DNA of 64,000 bases from Callorhinchus milii (lineage: Eukaryota): NCBI RefSeq assembly GCF_018977255.1, contig NW_024704743.1, positions 88,662,001 through 88,726,000 on the forward strand. Direction: 5' to 3'. Positions within the stretch are counted from its first letter, which is position 1; the number at the start of each line of letters is the position of its first letter. Below, piece after piece: positions 49,790 through 61,700 of this stretch. The translations under genes were made by a program, and so were the position numbers. The notes beneath the pieces are model-generated. The model was not told the origin of the DNA. It worked only from the letters and a program-made list of their open reading frames with translations, and searched no databases.

Positions 49790-49990
49790 TATCAAGTTAT
49801 ATTGTAATGTCCATCCCTTAAATATCCTTCTGGGTAGCTTTCTGTGTAAAAGAAATACTTCCTAAAGTCTGTCCTAAATCCATCATAACAGGCTATTATG
49901 TCATACTTCATGATAGACCTCCTTAAAAGTTGATTTAGATATAACGTCTTCAGTACATTTGATATCAAATGCAACTGTATAAAATAAATG
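49790..49990 (-). mobile_element. Degenerate CR1 fragment
   Basis: Encodes FRTDFRKYFFYT. Confidence 0.6.
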
Positions 49991-50109
49991 AAACCTTTCT
50001 CATCTCCATATAATGTGCAATGTGCAATGTGTATTGCACCGAATTCAGAATACTTTGCAACATTAAAGAATAATATTAATTCTGATGATTTCTGTTGTGT
50101 ATGACGATA

Positions 50110-50340
50110 ACGCTTACAGAGGACCTTTCATGTAGGATTATGTCTTGAAGCACTTGACATTGATGGAGTGGCAGGATATAGGAAGGGGTAGAAGGGAAAT
50201 GATTCGAAGTATAGTCTAAGAAGACGGTTTTTAGAAGGGTTTTGAAAGCATAAAGAAGAGGTGTGAGGCAGAGGGATATTGGGAGAAGGTTCCAAGGAGC
50301 AGAGGTTGTAATGGCTGAAAACTTTCTGCATGTGTGCTTT
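50110..50340 (-). mobile_element. Old L2 3' end
   Basis: Encodes WNLLPISL...AFKTLLKTVFLD. Confidence 0.7.
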
Positions 50341-50866
50341 ACCTTTTCAAATACTTCACAAAGGCATTGAATTGCTGATTGTAATACTTCATTTAAATAT
50401 GATGACGATGTTCTTGAATGGTTCATTCGGGAAAGCCACTGAGAAGTATGACAGAGCAGATGGTAGCAGGTACAATCTTAGCCAGTTAACTGATAACAAC
50501 ACCACAATTGTCTTCAGTGATCCTGGGCTCAGGAAAAGAAAAATCAGCTGGGGATTACTATTTTCTAACCTTTGCTAGTCAGCGGACACATATGGAGCTT
50601 AGATGAGGATAAGATATTGCTCAGCTATGATGCTGATTATTGTCACATGGCCTACAGTGATTCAAGGGCTTGCATATGAAAAATAATCATTTAATTGATA
50701 TACTGGTGGGGTGCCTGTTGCCTTTGGCCTGAACACCTTGCGGATATGTTTAAGATCAAAGCGCAAATCTTTTGAAATACAACATTTAGAACAAATCACC
50801 TTCTACCAGAATCTGACAATATATTGTAGCTCTTAACACTCATACCTCCCTGGTCCAATGAGTCTT

Positions 50867-51234
50867 TAATAATAATAACCTTGCATTTGATATAGCACCT
50901 TATCATGTCTTTGAGACATCTCAAAATACAGAATACACTGTAAAGTGAATTGACTGTATGTTTTTTGGGCAAAACCCAGCAGCCAATTGCGCACAGCAAT
51001 GTCCTACAAACAGCCGTGGATTGAGTGACCAATTTTTATTTTTTTTGTTGAAGGAATTATTATCCAAGGAAAAGTGATCTGCCATTCGACTGACAACCGG
51101 ATTCCTACTTACTGCTAGGTAAACAGAGGCGTGTGGAGTAAAGAAACTTGCCCAATGTTTCACCCTGCCAAGATTGAACCTGGGTCTCTTGCTTGCGAGG
51201 TGAGTGCCGTAACCACTGAGCTACAGGACTCCAC
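50867..51234 (-). mobile_element. SINE family A, long form, full length
   Basis: Reverse complement begins GTGGAGTCCTGTAGCTCAGTGG; contains the long central segment. Confidence 0.93.
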
Positions 51235-52124
51235 ATAAGGTGGAGGTGATGTGCTCAACAGTCTGGCCATGTGGCTAGGCCGCAGGCTTCCTTTTTTCTC
51301 CTTGGCTATTCCCTGCAGGATCCCAACTTCCGTCATCCAGTTCTGGGCAAAGAAACAGGCTCCGGATCAATTTATGACTCTTATAATGCTCAGGCTCTGT
51401 CCTTCTCGTGTACAATGCAAGGTCCTTTTGGAGAAACCTCACTGCTTTAACAGATCCCCACATTACCAGGCCTCCACATTTCCAATTTAAAAGTTTCTTA
51501 CAAAATGAAAAAATGTAGGAGTGTCATTATTGTCAGTAATGTGCAAGTGTCTTAACAAGAGAATGGAATCATCATGAAATGTTAAGTTTTATCTGGGCCA
51601 CATCTTAAAAGCCAAATAAAACATGGGCATCGAGTTCAACTTACCCTGAATGGATCCTATTTCTTTTAAAAAACATTCTACGTGTCAATATTGAATTGCC
51701 CTATGCCTGACCTCTTCTCACACAATCTCATGAAAGTAATAAAGGCTGCGCTCTGAAGGGTTATCGGGCAATACCTCAGATTAAGCATTATAACCGTATC
51801 ACAAATGAACACGTCTACAGATGCTGCAGAGAAGCAGCTCCAGCCACTGAACTGGATTGATCAAACAATTCCATCTTCTATGTGCTAGACAAATAGTTTG
51901 GATACCAGAGGTCCAACAGTTCTCATTCTCTTGGTTTTAAATCCATTGTCTTTCAAGTTACGATTGTGCAGATTTGGTAGGAAAATTCTTTTAAGGAATT
52001 GCGGAAAACCAGCTTCCAAATTCAGCCTGAATTTCAGAATTTTCCAAAATCATGCACCATTTTGAATTTTAAGACAATGGGCTTAAGACTAGAATCATAT
52101 AATAATAATCATAATAATTCATCA

Positions 52125-52458
52125 TAATAATAATCCGTACATTTAGTATGGAGCCTTTCACATTGGGTGGATAAAGTGCTTCACAGAATACCTAGAGTGC
52201 AATGACTATGCATTTTGCAGGAAACTTTAAGTTAATTTACACACAGCAATGCCCTGACCATGAAGTGAACAGCCATGGAATCTTTAACATCCACCAGCAC
52301 AGACAGTTAGGACTTCAGTTTAACATCTCATGCAAAGGAGCACCTCCAACAATTCAGTAGGCTCCCTCCCAGATGTGGCAACCTAGATGTGCCAACGTGA
52401 GATTCAAATCCACAAACGTCTAACTCAGAGGCAAAAGTGCTACCAACTGAGCCAACAC
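52125..52458 (-). mobile_element. SINE family B, diverged, with an internal deletion
   Basis: Tail, GGAATCTTTAACATCCACC, TTTAACATCTCAT, ACTCAGAGGC..TGCTACCAACTGAGCCA. Confidence 0.78.
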
Positions 52459-54069
52459 TTAAGAATTGACCATAAGAATTTCGGGCCTCAGGAGATAAAC
52501 CTGTCCATAGCTATTCTCATTAATGACTCTCTCCTAGAGAAAAAGAGACAATGAAATCCCAGAGATGCTCTGCTCTGAATATACCTCAAGAGAAATCAGA
52601 AAAACAAGTGTTGCCAGAGGAGACCCGGAATCCAAAACAAAAGATACTGGAGGGAAATCAAGATTGCCTACAGCACTCCAGCTGTGCCCATGTTGATTAA
52701 TATTTTTGCAAGGTACCAGAGGGAAATCAGTCTCCTAAAGAAAGGGAAATGAAACAGAATAACTAGTGGCCGTTTTATTTTGTAATAATAGTCTTTCCAA
52801 TTAAACTACAATAATAATAAATAATAATAACAATAATAATCTATCAATGATACTTCCATCTCCTTCAGACCACCATGTAATTAGAGCTACAAATTCATTT
52901 CCTTCACTGAGCTTTGTATAGTCTGAAATAACTTCCTGAAACATTTTTGTGACTAAAGAACCTCTAAACAAAAAGATAGGTTCATTGCCTACCCAGTTAC
53001 CTCTACTCCAATTGTTAATGTGCCTCTTGAGGCAACTCATATTGTACAGAGAGGTCTCTCTCCTCCGACATGCCCACATTATGCCCTTTAGTCTCTGCCG
53101 TGCCGAGTTATTTATTTCTTTTCCATTGAGCGGTTCAAAACCCCGTTAAATAATTCACCCAGCAACATTTTGCCTTAAATCCTTATTATAAATTCAAAAA
53201 GCAACCTCTTCACGTTTCAAAACAATTTTGGAGTCCAGAAAGGTAACAAGTTAATTTGGGATCAAACATATGAGTCTCATACTTGTGTAATTTTCATCTC
53301 CAGGGTTGGAAACATGATGGACTGTTACTGAAGAGCTGGCAAGCCTGCCGTGGTTATGTGAAAAAGCAGCTGAATTTGAAATAGAGCCTAAAACAATGAG
53401 TCTTTCTGTTGTGTTCAAAAGAACAAAAACAGCCAAGTTTACTTAGCGATGTGGGGTGGGAAAAAATGCAGGACATGATAATAACACCAATGATAATTAT
53501 CATATCAACCAAAAATGCATACAAAAACAGTCAATAATTATCCTACGTTTCCCCCAACCCCTATTCTCCCAAATTCATTGATAACTATAGATGGCTTTTG
53601 GTTGATTGACATGATAATTATCACATTAACCCAAAGTCAAAGCCCTTGTAGGGGGGCAGCAGAATCCAAGAGGTGCTCACAATGTTACCCTGAGCCTTGG
53701 CTTTTGTCACCCTGTGCTTAAACTGACTGAAATGAGTGCAGGGTGCAGGTCTCCAGATTCAGAGGACTCCATATCGAACAAACCATACATATGTTAAATT
53801 CTCCAGTTTGGTTTAGATACCCTTAATTATGTCGACACACAATACCCAGCTGGCCAAAAAAAAATGTGACCTGTGATTGTATCGCATGCTGCATTTTCCC
53901 CATTGTGAAAGATATTTGAGGGATGAAAGAATAGATATTACTTTCCAGCTCGCTCTTTCACCGACATCAATATTTTGCAAATGCTTTTTGCAACTATAAA
54001 TTAAGATGTTCTTATAGCCCTCCTAGGCAGGCTGAGTCTCCTTTAACCTAGATTTGTGTTTGTCAGCCC

Positions 54070-54616
54070 CAACTCTTCCCTCCACAAGCTGCATATCATT
54101 CAGAACTCTGCAGCTTGTGTCCTCTCCTCCACCATGCTCCGTGAACCTATTACCCTCACCCTCGCCCAGCACCACTGACTCTCCATCCCCCAGAGGATAG
54201 AATTCAAAATTCTCATCCTCGCCTTCAAAGCCCTTCGCGACCATGCTCCTTCCAACCTCTATGACCATATCAACCTGTCTGCTCTCTCCACTCAGCAACT
54301 CAGCAGGTCTTCCCGTCACCGCCCAACCCGCCCACCAGTGGTGGTTGGGCCTTCAGACTCTCTGCCCCCACCCTTCAGAACTCCATTCCACAGTCCCTTC
54401 ACTTTGCTGCCTCCCTTGCCACCTTCAAGGCATGTCTCAAGACCCTTCTCTTCGACTGCGCCTTTGGTCACCATGTTATCCCTACCCCCCTGCCCTCCAT
54501 CCCTTCTGATCCCAACCCCACTGCACGGGTCCAAATCCCTGATGGTCCAGACCCTTGGGACGTCCCCACGATGGGAAAGGCGCCGTACAAATGTAATTTG
54601 TTGTCGCTTGTTGTTG
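54070..54616 (+). mobile_element. L2 3' fragment
   Basis: IQNSAACVLS, RIEFKILILAFKAL, then a tail. Confidence 0.9.
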
Positions 54617-54799
54617 TGCTCTCTCTTGGGTAGCACAACAATAACAGAAATTTAGTTCACCCTAATAACTATAATACTGCACAGATCTTCTTAGTCCTAT
54701 TCGGGTAACAACAAGAATTATTTCAGTGATGTAGGAAAACTGGATCACAGATAAGTTAATTTAACAGAAATATAAAGTGGCAGAGATACTGCATGGAAT

Positions 54800-55610
54800 C
54801 AACAACAACAACAAATTACACTTGTATAGCACCCTTCATGTGGGAAAGACATCCCAGGGCATTGGGCAGTCAGGGATTTTTGGACCTGTGCTGGAAGTTG
54901 GGGTCAGGAGGGGTGGAGGGCAGGGTGGGTGGTGTTCGGAGGGTGGCCAAAGACACGGTTGAAGAGGAAAGTCTTTAGACAGGACCTGAAGTAAGCAAGA
55001 GAGGGGGTAATGCGGAGTGATTGCGGAATAGAATTCCGGAGTGTGGGGGCAGAAATACTGAATACCCAACAACAACAACAACAAAATTACATTTATAGAG
55101 TGCCTTTCACATCGGGAGGACGTCCCAAGGCACTGGACAGTCAGGGGTCAGGACCTGAGCATGGGGGAGGGGTGGGCTAGGGTTGAGGGAAGGCAGAGAG
55201 GCACGATCAAAGAGGAGGGTCTTGAGACCGGCCTTGAAGGAGGCAAGGGAGGAACCAAGGTGAAGGGACTGTAGGATGGAGGTCCAGTGTGTGGGGGTAG
55301 AGAGGCTAAAAGCTTGGCCACCGATGGTAGGGCGGGTTGGGCGGGAGACATGGAAGAGACCGGAGCCCGCTGAACGGAGGGAGCGGGCAGGTTGGTAGAG
55401 AGTCAGCAGGTCAGAGAGGTAGGAGGGCCTTGAAAGTGAAGATGAGGATCTTGAACTCGATCCTCTGGGGGGATGGGGAGCCAGTGGAGTCGGATGAGGG
55501 TGGGATTGATGGGGTCACGGAGCCTGGTGCATGAGAGTACACGAGCTGCAACCACCAATGGTGGGGTGGGACCTGAAGCAGGCCGAGTGGAGGGAGGAAA
55601 CTGGCTGATA
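54800..55610 (-). mobile_element. L2 3' fragment with a second L2 3' fragment nested at ~55068-55548
   Basis: Two (CAA)n tails (54800, 55068); the host sequence resumes ACCACCAATGGTGGGG after 55548. Confidence 0.85.
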
Positions 55611-55878
55611 TGCGCCATTCAAGCCATTCAACCCAACTAGCCCATGCCAGTGTTTATACTCCACATAAACTCCACTGCTCTTATTTCCCTCTCTTATTCC
55701 CCTCTATTCTATTCTTCCTCATGAATGCATTGAATCATTTCACAAGCAGTGGAAAAGGCTAAGCTTATGCAAAATAAACTGCCCCAAATCATATTGCCTT
55801 TCATCAATATCCCCTAAATAAGCTTGCAATTTTTTTGGACACTTTAAAATGATGCCTGTTAACTGTTAAAACCTTAAC

Positions 55879-56780
55879 AGGCTTCTTGTTGTTGTGGGAA
55901 TCAAATGAACTGCTTGTGTTCTGATCAGATGCTCCCTCTGACTTTCCCTCTGCCAGGTGCCTGGCACATGCAGAAACAGTAAGGTAGTCCTAACTGGACA
56001 AGTAGCGGGACTTGACAGACAATACTCTAAAGGCAAGTTATATGGTATTAACTAGTTAAACTCCATTAATACCCAGCACACACTCGGGGGCTGACTTGGC
56101 TCTCACCAACCTCCACCTCATACTCTCTGGAATCACCTACAAGGCCATTCACGGCCTTGCTCCCTCCTACCTCTCTGACCTACTATCCCCCTACTTACCT
56201 GCCCGTATCCTCCGTTCCTCCGGCTCCGGTCTGCTCCATGTCCCCCGCCCCAATCGCCCTACCATCGGTGGTCGGGCCTTCAGCCTCTCAGCCCCGAGGC
56301 TCTGGAACTCCATCCCCCAGTGCCTTCGCCGCTTCCTCCCTCTCCTCCTTCAAGGCCGGTCTCAAGACCTTTCTCTTCGACTGTGCCTTCAGCTCCCCTC
56401 TCGACTCTCTTCCCCCTCCTCGCTCCCCTCACCCTGACCATTTCCCCCCTCCTCGCTCCCTCCCCTCCCCTCACCCTGACCATTTCCCCCCTGCTCGGGT
56501 CATGACCCAACTGTGCAGCGCCTTGGGACGTCCTCCTGACGTGAAAGGCACTTTATAAATGGAATCTTGTTGTTGTTGTTGTTGCACGGGATGTGCCCCT
56601 CCAGGGAGAGAGTACGCATTCCAGACACAGGGACTTTTCCAGGTATACATGGAAATCTCAGTCTGGTTTGGATATAGTGAATGATTTCTGACAGACACCC
56701 AATTGACCCCCCCCAAAAAATCAGAGTGAGCATCTGATCAGAACACAAGCAGTTCTTTCGATTCTCACAACAAGAAGCCT
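55879..56780. repeat. Inverted repeat pair (55879-55941 / 56721-56780)
   Basis: 28-bp perfect core GAACTGCTTGTGTTCTGATCAGATGCTC within ~60-bp arms. Confidence 0.9.
56133..56584 (+). mobile_element. Young L2 3' fragment
   Basis: [24 protein letters not shown]..., near-identical to 43438-43900. Confidence 0.95.
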
Positions 56781-58369
56781 CAGCACGTGAGTGCATTGCC
56801 ACAGGAAGATGCTGATCCCTCTCTAACTAACATGACAAAAACGTATTTTTCAATTTCAAGTTGATCAAAAATTAGATGTTAGAAATAGATCAGAAAGTGG
56901 AAGATTGAACACATCTGTGCTACATGCATACACCAATTCCAGAGGATATATTGTTTTTTTCAGTAGTGAAATGGACATAGTTCTGGAACAATGAAAGCCT
57001 CAAGATGACTGAAGACAATAAACTCAAACAATAGTGTCTTACTGTTTTGCTCAAATAATTTTCAGCCAGACCTGTCAGAATTCATCAGTTTCAAACAAGT
57101 GCTATGTGACTACTGGCACCCACAGAGAACAGGAAAACCTGTTTGTGCACACAATGATAAAATTCGAACAAGATTTAAAATCAGATTGAACTTTTTTTAA
57201 GTTTAAAATGATATATACGTAGACAAACTACTCAGGTAACATTGTTTAGATTAAATATAACAATGTCTTCCAAACAGCAAATTGAGTTTAAATACATCTT
57301 TATCTTTTGTCTTAAATCTTTTTTATATGGGTATTTGTTTTGTACAATGTTGATTTACAAATGATGTCTCTGACTATTTCATAAAAGTCAAGAAAAATCC
57401 ACAGGGGAATTTTGGAAAAAATAAAGTGGATGTCTTTTACTCTAAAATTCTCTGTGATGTATTGCTTCAAGTCATTACTCTATGTAAGGATCATTATATA
57501 AATGCAAGTTGTTTTTCTTATTAGTGCAATGAAAGTGAACAACTTAGCAGGGAGCAACATTACAGAAGGTATCAAAAACTGGAAAACTGGCTTCCAAACT
57601 GAATTTAATACTGTTTTCCAAAATTCCATATGATCTTAAATGGTAATGATAAGACCACATACATGAGCATCTCTGGCCTCTTTTGTAACTTGCTACAATT
57701 TGCCTAGAAATACAGTCATTATACTTCACAGTCGCAGTGAAGCGCTTTGAGACTTCTTGACAATCTGCTAAAGCTCTCTATCAAATGCAAACAATGTTAT
57801 TATTAGAATTGCTGTAAATTCTTGTTTATAACCTTTTTGCGTGAATAAGCTTCAATATCATGATTATCCCACACATTTCAAACCCTTTGTTCCCACAACT
57901 TTACAAAGATAGCGTTGTAATTTAATGAGGCTAAATCATCAACACCCTTCTGTTGTCTCAGTTTTTCTAACAATCTCCCTGATTTACAAATCACTGATGT
58001 TCATCATCTATTGTCTACCTTCAATAGACTCCTCTTTTGACCTTTTGCTCTGTGAATGTTATCAGCCTAATTACATTTCAATAGTTGCATCTTAACAATA
58101 GCCAAACTTTCTTATTCAAACCCGAGCAAGACAATCCTGAGAAAATATTTATATGTTTTATACTGAACCTTTCTTTAATCAATTCCTTACTCATCAATTA
58201 TGTCTGTTAATTTGTTTTAAGCACTCTGGGATGCTACCCTGTGTGAGGGGCTCTGTATAAATGCAAGATGTTGTTGTTTTCCAAGCAACCATCCAGAATT
58301 CTTCCATGTCTTCCAACAAACCATTACTTTCTGCTTTACTGTCATTAATACTTTTGCAACTCTGTCATA

Positions 58370-58742
58370 CTACAACAACAACAACAACAAAATTACATTT
58401 GTGTAGTGCCTTTCACATCAGGAGGATGTCCCAAGGCGCTGACCAGTCAGTGTTTCGGACCCAAGCTGGGGGTTTGGATTGGAGAAAGTGAAGAGCAGGG
58501 GTGGAAGCAGGGTGATCGAAAGCACAGTCGAAGAGGAGGATCTTGAGATGGCTCTTGAAGGAGGCAAGGGAGGGGCCAAAGCAGAGGGACTGCAGGATGG
58601 AGTTCCAGAGGGAGGGAGCAGAGTGGTAGAAGACCTGTCCGCCAATGATGAGGAGGGAGAACTGGGGAACGTGAAGCAGGCTGGAGCCCGCTGAGCGGAA
58701 GGAGCGGGCAAGATGGTAGGGGATTAGAGGTTCGCAAAGGTT
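58370..58742 (-). mobile_element. L2 3' fragment
   Basis: (CAA)n tail followed by the reverse complement of the C-terminus. Confidence 0.88.
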
Positions 58743-58744
58743 GG

Positions 58745-61700
58745 GAAACTGCTCTGGTCAAGGTCACAAATGACATCCTGACCAAGTGTGACTTGGGCAC
58801 CCTCTGCCTCCTCATTCTCCTCGACCTCTCCTCTGCTATTGACACTGTGGAACTCCACAATCCTTCTCCACTGCCTCTCCTCCTACCTCAACCTCCAAGG
58901 TTCTGTCCTTGACTGGTTCATGACCTACCTTTCACACCGCCTCCACTTCGTTGCGGCAAACGGCTTCTCCTCCAGCCCCCGCACCATCTCGTGCGGTGTT
59001 CCTCAGGACTCTGTCCTCGGTCCCCTCCTCTTCACCCTCTACATGCTCCCCTTTGGTGACATCATCCACAGATATGGGGTAAATTTCCACATGTATGCGG
59101 ATGACACCCAACTCTATCTCTCTCCCTCACCCTCAACTCCAGGACTACTGGCGTCCTGACCGACTGCCTCTCCGATATCAAGTCCTGGACGAAGAACAAC
59201 AACAACAGCAAGATTTAATTTATAGAGTGCCTTTCACGTCGGGAGGACGTCCCAAGGCACTGGACAGTTGGGTCGGGACCTGAGCACGGGGGAAATGGTC
59301 AGGGTGAGGGGAGGGAAGGGAGGGAGTGAGGAGGGGGTAGAGAGTCGAGCGGGGAGCTGAAGGCACGGTCGAAGAGAAAGGTCTTGAGACCGGCCTTGAA
59401 GGAGGAAAGGGAGGAAGCAAGATGAAGGCACTGGGGAATGGAGCTCCAGAGCTAGGGGCTGAGAGGCTGAAGGCCCGGCCACTGATGGTAGGGCGGTTGG
59501 GGCGGGGGATGTGGAGCAGACCGGAGCCAGAGGAACGGAGGGTACGGGCAGGTAAGTAGGGGGATAGTAGGTCAGAGAGGTAGGAGGGAGCGAGGCCGTG
59601 AATGGCCTTGTAGGTGAGGATGAGGATCTTGAATTCGATCCTCTGGGGGATGGGGAGCCAGTGGAGGCGAGCGAGGGTGGGAGTGATGTGGTCGCGAAGC
59701 CTGGTGCGGGACAGTACACGAGCTGCAGAGTTCTGAATGACCTGCAGCTTGTGGAGGGAGGTGCCGGGAAGGCTGATGAGGAGAGAGTTCCCATAGTCCA
59801 GCCTTGAGGTGATAAAGGCGTGGACCAGAGTTTCAGCAGCGTGAGGGGTGAGGTAATGCCGTAGTCTGGCGATGTTTCGGAGGTGATGGAAGGCGGTGCC
59901 AGTTGTGGCGCGGATATGAGGAAGAAAGGACAGCTCAGGGTCGAACAGAACCCGAGGTTCCTGACTGGCTTTGAGAGGTGGAGAGTGCAGCCTTGGATGC
60001 TGATGCTGTCAGCACCTGAGGTGCGGAGGCGCTGACGTGAGCCAATCAGGAGGGCCTCAGTTTTGCGCACGTTGAGCTGAAGAAAGTTGTCTGTCGTCCA
60101 GGACTCGATGTCAGACAGGCAGCTGTCAGGACATCGGTGGTCGTGGAGTTGAGGGTAGAGGAGGAAAGGTAGAGTTGGGTGTCATCCACATACATGTGGA
60201 AGTTAACCCCATGTCTGCGGTTGATGTCACCAAGGGGGAGCATATAGAGGGTGAAGAGGAGGGGACCGAGGACAGAGCCCTGAGGGACACCGCACGAGAG
60301 ATTGCGGGGGCTGGAGGAAAAGCTGTTTGTGTAAACAAAATGAAGATGGTGGGAGAGGTAGGACCTAAACCACTCAAGGACAGAGCCTTGAAGGTTGAGG
60401 TGGGAGGACAAGCGGTGGAGGAGGATAAAGTGGTCGAACGTATCGAATGCTGCCGATAGGTCGAGAAGGACGAGGAGGCAGAAGGAGCCCTAGTTGCAGA
60501 TGGTCAAGATGTCATTAGTGACCTTGACCAGGGCGGTTTCTGAGCTATGGGCAGCACAGAAACCCGATTGAAGGGGTTCGAATAATGAATGGGTGGAGAG
60601 GAAAGAGCGCAGGTGGGAGGCGACAACTCTTTCAAGGACCTTGGACAGGAAAGGGAGGTTGGAGATGGGTCGGTAGCTTGATAGCTGCGACGCATCAAGG
60701 GAGGGTTTTTTCAAGGTGGGAGTGATGGTGGCAGTTTTAAGGGAATGGGAACAGAGCCAGAGGAGAGGGACAGGTTGATGATGTCTGTGAGAAGTGGGGC
60801 AAGGAGGTGGAGCTGGGGATAAGGACTGGAGTGGTGATGGGTTCATGGGAGCAGGTGGTGGGTTTGAGGGACAGGATGAGTTTGGTGACAGAGGGTGGGG
60901 AAACGGGTTCGAAGGTGTGTAGGGGAGGATGGGTAGAAGTCGGAGTGTGGGAGGGAAGGGGTGGGTGGAAGTTGGAGGGGCAGTGACCGCGGAGCGGATT
61001 CCCTTGATTTTGGATTCAAGGAAATCCAGCATCTCCTCGCAGTGAAGGTTGGAGGAGATGACCTGCGCGGGGTGGCGGGGGGGACGGAGGAGTCGGGATG
61101 TGGTAGAGAACAAAAGCCTGGGGTTGTTCTTCGCCTCCAGGATTATCCTGGAGTAGAAGGACGACTTGGCCGAGGCTAGAGTGGAGCGGTAGATTTTGAG
61201 GAGGTCCAGCCAGATTTGTCGGTGGACCGTTAGGCCAGATTTGAGGCAGGTGCGTTCAGCGGCCCGCACCTGGCTTTTTAGTGAGCGGAGGTGGGTGGTG
61301 AACCAGGGGGAGGAGCGAGAGTAGGAGACAGTATGGGAGGTGATGGGGGCAAGAGTGTCGAGTGTGGAGGAGAGGGTATTGTGGAGGAGGATGAGAGCAG
61401 AAGAGGGGTCAGTGAGGGATGAATGCCAGAGGGAGAGGAGTTCAGAGGACTCCAAGGCAGAGGTTAGGGATTGTGGGGGTAACTTCTTCCAGGGGCGTTA
61501 GAAGATGGTGGTGGGTCTGGTGGAGGTGGGGAGGGGGGTGGAGATGGTAAAGGAGATGAAGTGGTGATCAGAGACGGCCTTGTCTGTAATGGTGACATCC
61601 GAGACACTGAGGCCCCGAGTGATTACCAAATCGAGTGGGTGGCTGTGACTATGAGTGGCGGAGTTGATGTAGAGGGAAAGGTTGAGCGAGGAGAGCAGGG

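Noticed and set aside
50470..50750. Segment resembling another old SINE-like repeat (similar piece on the minus strand near 24050-24090)
   Set aside because: Too decayed to define boundaries or family from this window alone.
58370..59200. Head-to-head L2 junction at ~58743 as a twin-priming 5' inversion
   Set aside because: Both pieces have their own 3' tails (58370 and ~63310), so they are independent insertions.
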